Origin: Eledone cirrhosa
Taxonomy: Eukaryota
NCBI GenBank assembly: GCA_964016885.1
Contig: OZ024756.1
Span: 1,364,001 to 1,428,000 of the forward strand
DNA length: 64,000 bases
Direction: 5' to 3'
The position numbers and the translations under genes were made by a program. The notes below the pieces were generated by a model, which was given only the letters and a program-made list of their open reading frames with translations, was not told where the DNA came from and searched no databases. How positions within the stretch are numbered: the stretch's first letter is position 1; each line of letters starts with the position of its first letter. Below, piece after piece: positions 44,311-56,384 of this stretch.

Positions 44311-45522
44311 TGGCACTCCCAATAAGTCCAACTAAAGAGCCGCTTATGTCACAGAACTGAGAGAGGGGGAGACACGCCACTCCCAATAAGTCCTACTAAA
44401 GAGCCGCTTATGTCACACAACTGAGAGAGGGGGAGACACGGCACTACCATTGAGTCCAACTAAAGAGCCGCTTATGTCACAGAACTGAGAGAGGGGGAGA
44501 CACGGCACTACCATTGAGTCCAACTAAAGAGCCGCTTATGTCACAGAACTGAGAGAGGGGGAGACACGCCACTCCCATTGAGTCCAACTAAAGAGCCGCT
44601 TATGTCACAGAACTAAAGAGGGGGAGACACGCCACTCCCATTGAGTCCAACTAAAGAGCCGCTTATGTCACAGAACTGAGAGAGGGGGAGACACGCCACT
44701 CCCATTGAGTCCAACTAAAGAGCCGCTTATGTCACAGAACACAGAGAGGGGGAGACACGCCACTCCCATTGTGTCCAACTAAAGAGCCGCTTATGTCACA
44801 GAACTGCGAGAGGGGGAGACACGCCACTCCCATTGTGTCCAACTAAAGAGCCGCTTATGTCACAGAACTGCGAGAGGGGGAGACACGCCACTCCCATTGT
44901 GTCCAACTAAAGAGCCGCTTATGTCACAGAACTGAGAGAGGGGGAGACACGCCACTCCCATTGAGTCCAACTAAAGAGCCGCTTATGTCACAGAACTGAG
45001 AGAGGGGGAGACACGCCACTACCATTGAGTCCAACTAAAGAGCCGCTTATGTCACATAACTGCGAGAGGGGGAGACACGCCACTCCCATTGAGTCCAACT
45101 AAAGAGCCGCTTATGTCACAGAACTGAGAGAGGGGGAGACACGCCACTCCCATTGAGTCCAACTAAAGAGCCGCTTATGTCACAGAACTGAGAGAGGGGA
45201 GACACGCCACTCCCATTGAGTCCAACTAAAGAGCCGCTTATGTCACAGAAGTGAGAGAGGGAGACACGGCACTACCATTGAGTCGAACTAAAGAGCCGCT
45301 TATGTCACAGAACTGAGAGAGGGGGAGACACGCCACTCCAATTGAGTCCAACTAAAGAGCCGCTTATGTCACAGAACTGAGAGAGGGGAGACACGCCACT
45401 CCCATTGAGTCCAACTAAAGAGCCGCTTATATCACAGAACTGAGAGAGGGGGAGACACGCCACTCCCATTGAGTCCAACTAAAGAGCCGCTTATGTCACA
45501 GAACTGAGAGAGGGGGAGACAT
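44311..45522. repeat. 64-bp minisatellite array B, about 19 units
   Basis: ccaactaaagagccgcttatgtcacagaactgagagagggggagacacgccactcccattgagt. Confidence 0.95.
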
Positions 45523-45746
45523 GACACTAAAGTATTACAATATTTATACAGACGTCTATAAGGACCTTCTAGTAGATAGACATGTCTGAAGACACTGCAG
45601 GTATTAGAGGGGATGAAGAAGATGGAGGAGGAAGGGATGAAGGAGGGGGAGATGATGATGTTGATGATAATGGCTATTAAGGTAAGATTAAGAAAAGAAT
45701 ATATTTATTATAATTTAAAGTTAAATAAATAAAAAAAAATAACTGT

Positions 45747-45763
45747 CGTCCCTGGGTGGACTC

Positions 45764-45803
<40 letters not shown>

Positions 45804-45820
45804 AATTGCGCCACAGAGAC
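45747..45820 (-). tRNA. tRNA-Asn(GTT), D-loop C>T variant
   Basis: Intact cloverleaf with CAATTGG in the D loop. Confidence 0.95.
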
Positions 45821-46732
45821 GATTAAGTTAAACTGTCATAAAATAATTATAAGACTTTTTGACAGGCCAAGCCTTCTTTTAGTGTCATTGTAAAGTACGG
45901 AAGGTCAGAAGTGATAATAAGGAATACAGAGAGAAAACGCGTTTATATATTTTTTAAACAGGATGAGGTGAATTAATACAAATATAATTTATTGTACAAG
46001 GTAGACTTATAGACTTATACAGGGAAGATATGGATACAATATCCGGTTGACTTATGAAGCATTGGATAATTGGAATATTGGAAATATAGTCGCCAGGATA
46101 CAAATAACTATAATAGTAGTTGTTGATTATAAATAAATAGTTGAATAAAATGGGCAGAGGCAAAGGGGGGTTTGGATGTGTGCGTATATGTCTGTGATAG
46201 AGCGTGTGTGTGAGAGAGTGTATGTGTGTGTAAGTCTGTGTCTATGTGTGTGAATATGTGTGTGCGTGTGTTTATGTGTGTGTGTGCATATGTGGGCATG
46301 TGAGAGAGAGGGTGTGTGGGCGTCTGTGTATATGTGCGTGTGCATATGTGTGTGAGAGAGAGTGTGTGTGCGTCTGTGTGTATGTGTGCGTGTGCATATG
46401 TGTGTATGTGTGTGTATGCGTGTGATAGAGTGTGTGGGCGTCTGTGTATATGTGTGTGTGCATATATGTGTATGTGTGAGCGAGAGAGTGTGTGCGTCTG
46501 TGTATATGTGTGTGTGCATATGTGTGTTTGTGTGTGAGAGAGCGTGTGAGGGCGTCTGTGTGTATGTGTATGTGCATATGTGTGTATGTGTGTGAGAGAG
46601 AGCCTGTGAGGGCGTCTGTGTGTATGTGTGTATGTGTGCGTGTATGTATTTGTGTGTGTACTTTTCATCAATTCCGGCCTTCCATACAAAACGTGATAGG
46701 TATCTTGGCTGTTTTACTAAGACATAGACCTC

Positions 46733-46932
46733 CGAAGGCACGTGGCTGAGTGGGTAGCGAATTGGAGTTCGATTCCTGGACCGGGCGATGTGTTATGTCC
46801 TTGAGCAAGACACTTTATTTCACGTTGCTCCTTCTACCTGGAGTTGCGACCGTTAGATAGTATTAGCAATTGGAAAGACCAATGGAAACATTGTTTCCTG
46901 GGTCAGATTTGACGAGTGTCGATCGACTCCTC
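46733..46932 (+). mobile_element. CORE-like SINE head fused to the 90-bp repeat
   Basis: A/B-box-like motifs, gtccttgagcaagacacttt; TSD tagacctc (46725-46732, 46933-46940); empty site in the inverted arm near 57395. Confidence 0.75.
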
Positions 46933-46944
46933 TAGACCTCTAAA

Positions 46945-46997
46945 GGCTAACACGGCTGTTAACTGAAAGGTTGTTGGTTCGAGTCCACCCAAGGCCG
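46945..46997 (+). pseudogene. tRNA-Asn 3' part relic
   Basis: cggctgttaactgaaaggttgttggttcgagtccacccaaggccg; 5' half missing. Confidence 0.8.
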
Positions 46998-47299
46998 ATA
47001 GCAAATACTTTTTTTTTTAAATTTCATTCTTTATTATGAATTTTTTTTTTTATCTCTATGATTTAGAAGACCTGAACTAGTAACTGCCTATAAGACCTGC
47101 TGTATAAAATGTTTTTTTTTTAAATACTGAATTGTGTTAAAAATTACTTTAAAAAAATAAAAATAAATAATAATAATACAATTATTAAATTAATAGGAAA
47201 TACAGTCATGGAATAACGTTTATAATTTTCTCCAAAATTTCTCCGGGTTTCTAAACATCGTAGATTACCATATTAACCAAAGCTAGCATCTCAACTTCA

Positions 47300-47760
47300 C
47301 ACCAAACTCTTTACACCAAACCTTCCATCTAACACTTACACCTAAACCCTTCCATCTAACCCCTTCCCCCTTAACCTTACATCTAATTCTGACACCTGAC
47401 CCCCACCATCCATATTTTACTACCAACCCTTACACCAACCCCTTCCATCTAACCCTTACATCTAACCCTTACATCTAAACCTTACATCTAATTCTGACAC
47501 CTACACCACTTCCATCCATATTTTATTACTAACCCTTACATCTAACCCCTTCCATCTTACCCCTTCCATCTAACCCCTTACATCTAAACCTTACATCTAA
47601 CCCCTTCCATCCAAGTTTTACACCTAACCCCTGCCATCTAACACAAGCTCTTCAACCTAAACCAAAACCTATTATGTCAATTACCTTTAATACTAAACTC
47701 TATGTCCCTTAACTTTAACCCTGAACTGTATCGCAACCCCTAAGCCCTAACTCTAACGGT
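47300..47760. repeat. Degenerate telomere-like (ctaaccc-ttccat/ttacat) repeats
   Basis: TAACCC-containing 14-15mers; inverted paralogs at about 53520-53700 and 56580-57070. Confidence 0.7.
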
Positions 47761-48171
47761 AAACTTACCTCCCCTTATAATTACATTCATAAGAAAGATA
47801 GAAAGAAACTAATCAGTAAAATAACTGATAAACATTTATAGAAAAAGAAAAAAAAAAAGAGCGATTAAGGGCGGAGCCCTAACATGGCCCCAGCCGAATG
47901 GCTGGAACAGGTAAAAGAGTAAAAGAGTAAAAGAGATCGTAGACAAAGGAGTAAAAAGTGGAATTGTTTCTGTAAAAAACGAAACGCTATCTAAACGAAA
48001 CGTTATCTAAATGAAACTATTCTAAAGATAGAAATGTAGACTCCATTGTTACTTAGATGTGTCTCCCAACACCATTGATGTTATTATCAATTACAGGCTT
48101 CCATATAAAACTGGACCAAATTAATCTTGGCTGCTTCACTAAGTCAGATAAGAAATCAGTTGATATCAGTC

Positions 48172-48177
48172 GTCTCT

Positions 48178-48228
<51 letters not shown>

Positions 48229-48245
48229 GAGTCCACCCAGGGACG
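48172..48245 (+). tRNA. tRNA-Asn(GTT)
   Basis: Exact consensus; T-run about 10 nt downstream. Confidence 0.97.
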
Positions 48246-48350
48246 AAAACTAAGTTTTTTGCTTTTCTTTTTCACTTTGATATACATATACTCTATATAC
48301 ACACATTTATTATCCATCAATCTCGTGTATTAATAAGTCAGGTGTTAGCT

Positions 48351-48417
48351 GTCTCTATTGAGCAATCGGTTATCGCATTGGGCTGTTAACCGAGAGACTG
48401 GTTGTTCGAATCCACCT
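48351..48417 (+). pseudogene. tRNA-Asn pseudogene
   Basis: Many substitutions, 3' acceptor strand lost. Confidence 0.8.
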
Positions 48418-49017
48418 ATTAAATATTTTAATACACACCATTTTCCGAGAAGATGAAGAGGATATTCGTTGTTTGATATTTTCTAGGTCGATAAACCTTT
48501 CTATTTAACTTTCGGGCTATCAGCAATCTACTTGACACAGTAAAGTGCACATCAGAATGTTTCTTCTTGTTGTGTAGCCTGATCAATATCAGAGATCAGA
48601 GATCAGGTATCAGTGATCAGATATCAGTGATCAGTTTCCAGGGTCCACGAGTAAGGGGTTGACAAACTTGGACTTCACTAAACTACGTTATTGAACCAGT
48701 TCCCAGACATGTGTAATAGTAAAGTTCAGTTATAATTTTGAAAGTGAATTTATAAATTTCCTATGATTTCTGATGTGATTTCAACGACCGGGGCCTTCTA
48801 AACCGACGTAAATTACTGGTATTCTGTACTTTTTAAAACCAGAGAATTCCATACCTCCATCTTGGACTCAGGTGGGATAAGAAACATTTACAAAAAATAA
48901 TCAATAATAAACAAGTTGAGTGAAAAAAGAGAAGAGGAAAAAAAAATAAAGGGAGAACAACTGGATTCTTGGCGGTCATAGAATAAAAGTTAAAGATATT
49001 GTGCAAAAACTCATCAT

Positions 49018-49034
49018 CGTCCCTGGGTGGACTC

Positions 49035-49085
<51 letters not shown>

Positions 49086-49091
49086 AGAGAC
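49018..49091 (-). tRNA. tRNA-Asn(GTT)
   Basis: Exact consensus. Confidence 0.97.
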
Positions 49092-49180
49092 GGCTGACAT
49101 AAACGGTCATTGTTATCTGACTTAATGAAGCAGCCAAGATTAAATCAGTGTCTTATTGTAATTAATATATAACAACATAA

Positions 49181-49313
49181 AATCCCTCTGAGGTTAACTT
49201 TGCCTTTCATCCTTACGGGGTCGATAAAATAAAGTACCAGTCACGCACTGGGGTCGATTAAATCGACTTTCCCCTCCCCCAAAATTGCTGACCTTGTGCC
49301 TATATAAGAAACC
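49181..49313 (+). mobile_element. 5'-truncated Meta-like SINE
   Basis: Same body as 13673-13779; 17-bp TSD aatatataacaacataa/aatatgtaacaacataa; empty paralogous site at about 52089-52105. Confidence 0.85.
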
Positions 49314-49923
49314 AATATGTAACAACATAATTGGTGTTGGGAAATACAACTAATTTTAGTAACAATAAAATCTAAGACACTTGTCTCATTTCGTCTTTCA
49401 GTAATATCATTTGTCTTAAGTTGTCAACTTAAATATAATCTATTCAGGTTTTATAGAGAAACGTTGAATGGACTGGGTTTTCATTAGTGTTTGGAACATA
49501 ACTTAAATAAGGACCTTACATAAAATTATGATGGAATATTTTTAGATAGCTCAGAAACACTTTATTAGAAACAGTCCTATCTTAGCAACAAGACCAGATC
49601 AAGACTGTTATCAACATAAATAAAGACTGATAATGTTTTACCCTTTAGTACTTACATTACTCTATATCTACTATTGTAGTTTCGCAGTAAAGGCTTTATA
49701 TTACATACTTGTTTCACATAATATTGAATCTATGACATTTTGACGATCTTTATTTTGAGAACAGTACCTTGACATCAGTATAAGAGGCTAGTTACATGCA
49801 GTTTGAACAGCAAAAGGTGAGAGAATACTGGCCGGGTTAAATGCTAAAGGTTTAATAAGTTATGATATTATATATATTCTATTATATTTCATATATAATA
49901 AATCAAAGATAAAATATTTCCAT

Positions 49924-49997
49924 CGTCCTTGGGTGGATTCGAACAACTAGCCTTACCGGTATCAGCTGAACATGGTAACCGATTGTGCCACAGGGAC
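49924..49997 (-). pseudogene. tRNA-Asn pseudogene
   Basis: Full-length but with disrupted stems. Confidence 0.8.
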
Positions 49998-51041
49998 AGC
50001 TGATACCTGACGGCTTCTTATCTGACTTATTAACATACGAGATTGATGGATAAAAAATGTACGTATATAAAGAATATATATATTTATTTACCACACCACA
50101 TATACATTCATATATATATATTCATATATATATATACATTCATAACACCGGCCAAAGTTACCTCCCTTGACCTGCTGCAAAATCAAAACAAGATATTTTT
50201 GCGAGCAATGAACCTTGATGTGGATTTAACCCCCAAAACTCTTTCCGAGCAATATAAGGAACACTTGTGATTATTTATGCCCTTGAGAAGCCCAACTGGG
50301 CGAAATGGTACGTAGGTGATATTTTAAATAAACATGTTTTAACGGTCTATTCTCCGATTTTTTACTTTCCCACGTGCTTACGCTCTGCTAACTCTCTAGC
50401 CCACTAAATATTAACACTTCGAATATTTAATACTGCCGGCACTAGTATCGAGCACCTTTGGCATACGCTACTTGGCAAATAACTATATGTATCACCTATC
50501 CCCCCTTTTTTTCTCTTTCTCGATACGTAAATACTATATATTCATATATATATATATATATATTCAGCATGTCTTGGCAAGCTAACTAGAACACTTGATT
50601 ATCTCCTTTACTTCTCTCCGAAGAAGAGATATTATCTCGAAAATTAAGGATATTCAAATAAACTTAAGGTAAAAGACTAATTGTCAACAATATCTTTTGC
50701 ATTTGTATTTATATTCTATATCCATAGCTGCATTGTCTTGGCCTTACAACTCCAAAAGTTTATACCTCAAAAAAAAAAAAAAAAAAAATTATATATATAT
50801 ATATATATATTTATATATTGAAGGATGAGTATTTAAACTTTATTTTATTCAGAGTTAAGGCTCTATTGATTTTTCCCTGGATTTCACAAAATTCTATGGA
50901 TAAATCTATGTCTTGATTTTTTAAAAATTGAGTTTGAATTATTTTCCCACATCTTACGTTAATTATTTTCCATTTTGACGTTATAGTCACTTATATATTA
51001 TGGAATACTGTTGGCTTCACGCTCACAACAATTTCTATACT

Positions 51042-51310
51042 TTCCTGTGTCAGTGTTGAACAAAAAGGTGACGTGGTTGCCTAAACACTGTACGGCGTAA
51101 TTCAGGCTGTTTGTTTGTTTACAAACGAACAAACCGAGCATTATAATAAATGTTCGGTAAACTGATACGTGCATATATGTATGTGTGCCTGTATGTATAT
51201 ATATACATGCTACTGTACGTCTGTATACAGATATGTATGTACGTATACATACATACTTTACATTTAAGTAAGTGCCGTACTAAGAGTGAGAAATGAAATT
51301 TCGTTTCATT
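51042..51310 (+). mobile_element. Partial copy of the 13882-14466 hammerhead family
   Basis: tcctgtgtcagtgttgaacaaaaaggtgacgtgg...gtgccgtactaagagtgagaaatgaaatttc. Confidence 0.75.
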
Positions 51311-51315
51311 CTATT

Positions 51316-51423
<108 letters not shown>

Positions 51424-51942
51424 AATTGAGGTTGGTAATGGCACATGGAATATATAAGAGACATAATACTTTTTTGTGAAAAAACATAATTTTATAAGGT
51501 AAGGAAATAATAAAGGGTATAAAAAATGACCGGTTTCGATGGGTCTGCAAAAGCCATCTTTTCAAATGTTGATTAATATTAAGAAAAATCCAGAATTAGT
51601 CCAGAATTAACCATCGAAACGGCTTGAGCTCAGCCGTCGGGGTCCTACTCGTTCCTATTACCCACTCTACTACCCTAAGTATTGAGTACTTTGGTGCGTT
51701 ATGGTCCATCTGCTTCCTTATCACATTTCCTTCGTTATATATATATATATATATACATACATACACATACATTAATATAAAATGAATGTTTCAGTAAATA
51801 TATGTAATTTTAGTAACAATGGAATAATAGGTAAGAAGCTCCAAATTTCGTTGTTTTCATTTGACTTTTCTTTTTAGATCGATGATTCAAAGATCGATCT
51901 ACAAAAGATAATATCAAATTATAAAAACAAAACCTTAGCTTT

Positions 51943-51959
51943 CGTCCCTGGGTGGACTC

Positions 51960-52010
<51 letters not shown>

Positions 52011-52016
52011 AGAGAC
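51943..52016 (-). tRNA. tRNA-Asn(GTT)
   Basis: Exact consensus. Confidence 0.97.
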
Positions 52017-52486
52017 GGCTGACGTAAAGCGCCATTGTTATCTGACTTAATGAAGCAGCCAAGATTAAATCATTGTCTTATTGTAATTAATATATAACAA
52101 CATAATTGGTGTTGGGAAATACAACTAATTGTAGTAACAATAAAATCTAAGACACTTGTCTCATTTCGTCTCTCACTAATATCATTTGTCTTAAGTTGTC
52201 AACTTAAAAATAATCTATTCAGGTTTTATAGAGAAACTTTGGATGGACTGGGTTCTCATTAGTGTTTGGAACATAACTTAATTAAGGACCTTAAATAAAA
52301 TTATGATGGAATGTTTTTAGACATCTGGGAAACAGCTTATTAGAAACAGTCCTGTATCTTAGCAAGAAAACCAGATCAAGGCTGTTATCGAGATAAAGAG
52401 AGCCTGATAAGGTTTAATAAGTTCTGCCAGTTCCTATATTCCATTATATTACATATATGATAAATAGAAGATCAAAATAATTCAAA

Positions 52487-52560
52487 CATGCCTGGGTGAA
52501 TTCGAACGAAGAACCTTTCGGGTAACAGCTGAACGCACTTACCGACTGCGTCACAGAGAC
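52487..52560 (-). pseudogene. tRNA-Asn pseudogene
   Basis: Degenerate full-length match. Confidence 0.8.
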
Positions 52561-52685
52561 AGCTGATAATTGGCGGCTTCTTATCTGTCTTATTAACATA
52601 CGGGATTGATGGATAATAATATGTATGTATATAAAGAAAATGTATATATCTATTTACCACTCCACACTCAGCTTACGTCCCTGGG

Positions 52686-52910
52686 TGTGGAGTTAAATTT
52701 TTTTCTTTGCAAGCACGATATTCCAGCAAAAGGAAAAGTTCAAGACAACATGGATGCACTCTGGGGCGAAGGTGTGGCTTCCGATCGACTACGTTCTTGT
52801 GAAGGAACGTGACAAGAAGGATATCAATTATGTGTGTGTTCTGCGTGGCGCAGAGTGCTGGACAGACCATCGTCTGGTGGCGCCAAGGCAAACTTCGTGA
52901 TCAAACCTCG
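52686..52910 (+). mobile_element. RTE endonuclease-region fragment, diverged subfamily
   Basis: Reads STIFQQKEKFKTTWMHSGAKVWLPIDYVLVKERDKKDINYVCVLRGAECWTDHRLV, homologous to the 1181-aa ORF. Confidence 0.85.
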
Positions 52911-53040
52911 AACAGCAAATGGTGTCATATATATACATACATATATATATATATATATATAGTGTCTTTACATCGATAATTCCGACATCGATCTACAAAA
53001 GATAATATCAAAGTGAAAAAGAAAAAAAAAAACTAGCTTT

Positions 53041-53057
53041 CGTCCCTGGGTGGACTC

Positions 53058-53108
<51 letters not shown>

Positions 53109-53114
53109 AGAGAC
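53041..53114 (-). tRNA. tRNA-Asn(GTT)
   Basis: Exact consensus. Confidence 0.97.
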
Positions 53115-53931
53115 GGCTGGCAACAAGCAACTTGTTATGTAACTTAGTGAAGCAGCCAAGATTAATTTAGTCTAGTTGTATATGGAAGCCTGTAATTGAT
53201 AATAACATCAATGGTGTTGGGAGACACATCTAAGTAACAATGGAGTCTACATTTCTATCTTTAGAATAGTTTCGTTTAGATAACGTTTCGTTTAGATAGC
53301 GTTTCGTTTTTCACAGAAACAATTCCACTTTTTACACTTTTGTCTACGATCTCTTTTACTCTTTTACTCTTTTACCTGTTCCAACCGACCGGCTGAGGCC
53401 ATGCTGGGGCTCCGCCCTTAATCGTTTCTTGTTTCGTTTTTTTTTCTGTAAATGTTTATATTTTATTTTACTGATTTGTTTCTTTCTATCTTTCTTATAA
53501 ATGTAATTATAAGGGGAGGTAAGTTTACCGTTAGAGTTAGGGCTTAGGGGTTGCAATACAGTTCAGGGTTAAAGTTAAGGGGACATATAGTTTAGTATTA
53601 AAGGTAATTGACATAAGGGCTTTTGGTTTAGGTTGAAGAGCTTGTGATAGATGGAAGGGTTAGGTGTAAAGAGTTGGGTGTGAAGTTGAGATGCTAGGTT
53701 TGATTAAAATCGTAATCTACGATGTTTAGAAACCCGGAGAAATTTTTTAGAAAATTATAAACGTTATCCCATAACTGTATTTCCTATTAATTTAATAACA
53801 TAATCTTCATTTTTTTTAAAAGTAAATTTTAACACAATTCAGTATTTAAAAATAAAAAACATTCTCTGCAACAGATCGTATAGGCAGTTAGTAGTTCATA
53901 ATGAAGAATGTAAATTAAAAAAATTAACTTG

Positions 53932-53948
53932 CGTCCCTGGGTGGACTC

Positions 53949-53988
<40 letters not shown>

Positions 53989-54005
53989 AATTGCGCCACA
54001 GAGAC
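53932..54005 (-). tRNA. tRNA-Asn(GTT), D-loop C>T variant
   Basis: Intact cloverleaf. Confidence 0.95.
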
Positions 54006-54223
54006 TGCTGCTGTCAATCACTATTGTTATTTGACTGATTAACATACGAGATAGTTAGACTGGATAATATGAATGGAGGAATACGTTTAATTTTAGTAAC
54101 AATGGAATAAAAGCTAAGACGCTCCATATTTCGATGTTTTCTTTTGACTTTTGTTTTTACATCGATAATTCTGTTATCGATCTACAAAAGATAATATCAA
54201 AGTTAAAAAATGAAATTAGCTAT

Positions 54224-54297
54224 CACCCTCATGTGGATTCGTACCACCAACCTTTCGGTTAACATATGATCGTGCTAACCGACTGCGCCACAGAGAC
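54224..54297 (-). pseudogene. tRNA-Asn pseudogene
   Basis: Anticodon stem and acceptor stem disrupted. Confidence 0.8.
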
Positions 54298-54417
54298 TGC
54301 TGATTACGGGTGGTTTCTTTCTGACTTACTAATATATAGATTGATGGATAATAAAATGAATGTATATATTTATTTACCACACCACATATACATGTATATA
54401 TATGCATACATATATAT

Positions 54418-55348
54418 GATTGTTGCAAACTTGTGTTCGACCATTGCCATCGCCCGTTAAAATGTTAAAAAATGTGAGGCATGAATGTGGTTCTTTAAAC
54501 CAGCCAAAGACTTGCACCCTCTGGCACATACATGGCAACTGTAGGCTCCTCTGGGACTTTCCATTGCTTTGTTCTGACTGAGTGTTCTCGTGTGTCTTTG
54601 AGACCTCCCATGCTAGCACGTTCCTTGCCACATTCCTTACACTTTTTCAGATCATAATCTACATGAGGTCTACTGAAATGACTTTGTTCATATCTAGTCA
54701 AACCAGCTTTACTCAGGCAGACTCGACCTCAATGCTGGCAAACCAGATGTTGTTCAACAGCAGGCAGTTCCGAACAGTCTCCTTTCCTTACTTTCCTTTT
54801 CAGTGTAAAGTGGTTCTCTCCGAAGAGTTTAAAAGTGTTCACTGCTTGACTTGACCAAACGTCTCCACTTCACTCACTACTCAGCCATTTTCTCCCATTC
54901 GTCAGATGAAATTCCAACACAAGCCAAGGTGCCTCTGAGGCAGTCCCGGTACCGCATTTTTGGTTTGTGAGGTGGTCGCCGTCCTTCACACAGTTCTCAG
55001 TAGAGAAGTGGCTTTGGAATGCGATCATCAGACACCCGGACCACGTGACCGCACCACCTCAATCGATGCAGAAAGATCATGCTCTCTATAGTCACACACC
55101 TGCTCCATTCGAGAACTTCCAAATCACTGACGAACATTTTTCAACCCAAGTAATTTGCGAAGAGATTGTTGGTGAAATCTCTCCAGTCCCTTGAGGTGAT
55201 TTCTGTATGTGACCCACGTTTCACAAGCATAAAGCAAAGAGGAGACGACAAAAGTCAGATACACTTTCACCTTGGTTTCGATAGTGATACCTCGTCTGGA
55301 CCATACACGTTCATGCAGCCACCCAAAAGCATCACTGGCTTTCTTGAT
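54418..55348 (-). mobile_element. Decayed 5'-truncated RTE LINE of a related subfamily
   Basis: IKKASDAFGWLHERVWSRRGITIETKVKVY...LLYACETWVTYR..LERFHQ, plus zinc-finger remnants (CKECGKE...GGLK); frameshifted. Confidence 0.88.
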
Positions 55349-55564
55349 TATACATACATACATATATATACATACATACACATACATACACATACATTAA
55401 TATAAAATGAATATCTTGTAGAATATATTTAATATCAGTAATAATGGAATAAAAGCTAAGACATTCCAAATTTCCTTGTTTTCTCTTCTTTTTCAATCAT
55501 AGATAATACTGTTATCAATCTACAATGGATAAAATCAAAGTTGACAAAAATAGAACAAAGCTTA

Positions 55565-55586
55565 CGCCCCTGGGTGGACTCGAACT

Positions 55587-55632
<46 letters not shown>

Positions 55633-55638
55633 AGAAAA
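55565..55638 (-). pseudogene. tRNA-Asn, damaged copy
   Basis: Acceptor-stem and T-stem substitutions relative to consensus. Confidence 0.8.
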
Positions 55639-55791
55639 ACTGACATCAAGCGATTTCCTATGTGACTTAGTGAAGCAGCCAAAATTAATTTGATCTAGTT
55701 TTATATGGAAGCCTGTAATTGATAACATCAATGGTGTTAGGAGACACATCTAAGTAATAATGGAGTCTACATTTCTATCTTTAGAATAGTT

Positions 55792-56384
55792 GGGGGGGGG
55801 GGGGGGGGGCGATCCGGTTGACCACCGAGTCTATTGTAACGATCAAGCCGCTTCCCCTCTTCAAAAACGAAGGAGAGGCGGTGTTTCTGTGCGTAATAGC
55901 CATGGCGAAAGAGGTTGTATGGTGGACGCGTCTGAAAGGATTGAGGTCAGACACCTTTCTCTCTGGCCAACAACCGGTCCGTTTCTTCTGATATCATTTC
56001 GGAAGAAGGATCAGGATGGAGAGAGAGGTGCTGCACCCCAGCCGTTTTTATGAAAGATGGGTGAAAGTGGCGAGAATGGCCCGTGTGAATGGGCCTTCAC
56101 TCTACATCAGACTATAGGTGAGGAAGATGAAAGACCAAGGGAGCACCCCCTCTCTGTGCTCCTGAGGAGGAGGGTTGCACACTTTTTTTCGGGGGTGTGT
56201 GCGACCCCCCAAGGCGCCTCCTCCCTATTGAGGATTTTGTTATAAAATTTATTTTGTTATATTTTATTTTTATACTTTTATATCTTGTTATTGCCTCCTC
56301 TATATTGAGGACGCCTTTGCATGTAAACTCCCCCCTTTGTACTTGTCCCACTTTTGATGCCCTGGTGGCAAATAAAAAGAAAGT
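55792..56384 (+). mobile_element. 5'-truncated L1/Tx1-like LINE with 16-bp TSD
   Basis: TSD tatctttagaatagtt (55776-55791, 56385-56400); G18 at 5' junction; ORF end AVFLCVIAMAKEVVWWTRLKG...RFYERWVKVARMARVNG with one internal stop; aataaa plus A-rich end; empty site at 53256-53271. Confidence 0.85.

Noticed and set aside
42390-45522. 64-bp arrays as CRISPR
   Set aside because: No unique spacers, no cas genes, eukaryotic context; these are plain tandem repeats.
47300-47760. True telomere
   Set aside because: Degenerate 14-15mers, internal, and carried within the duplicated unit.
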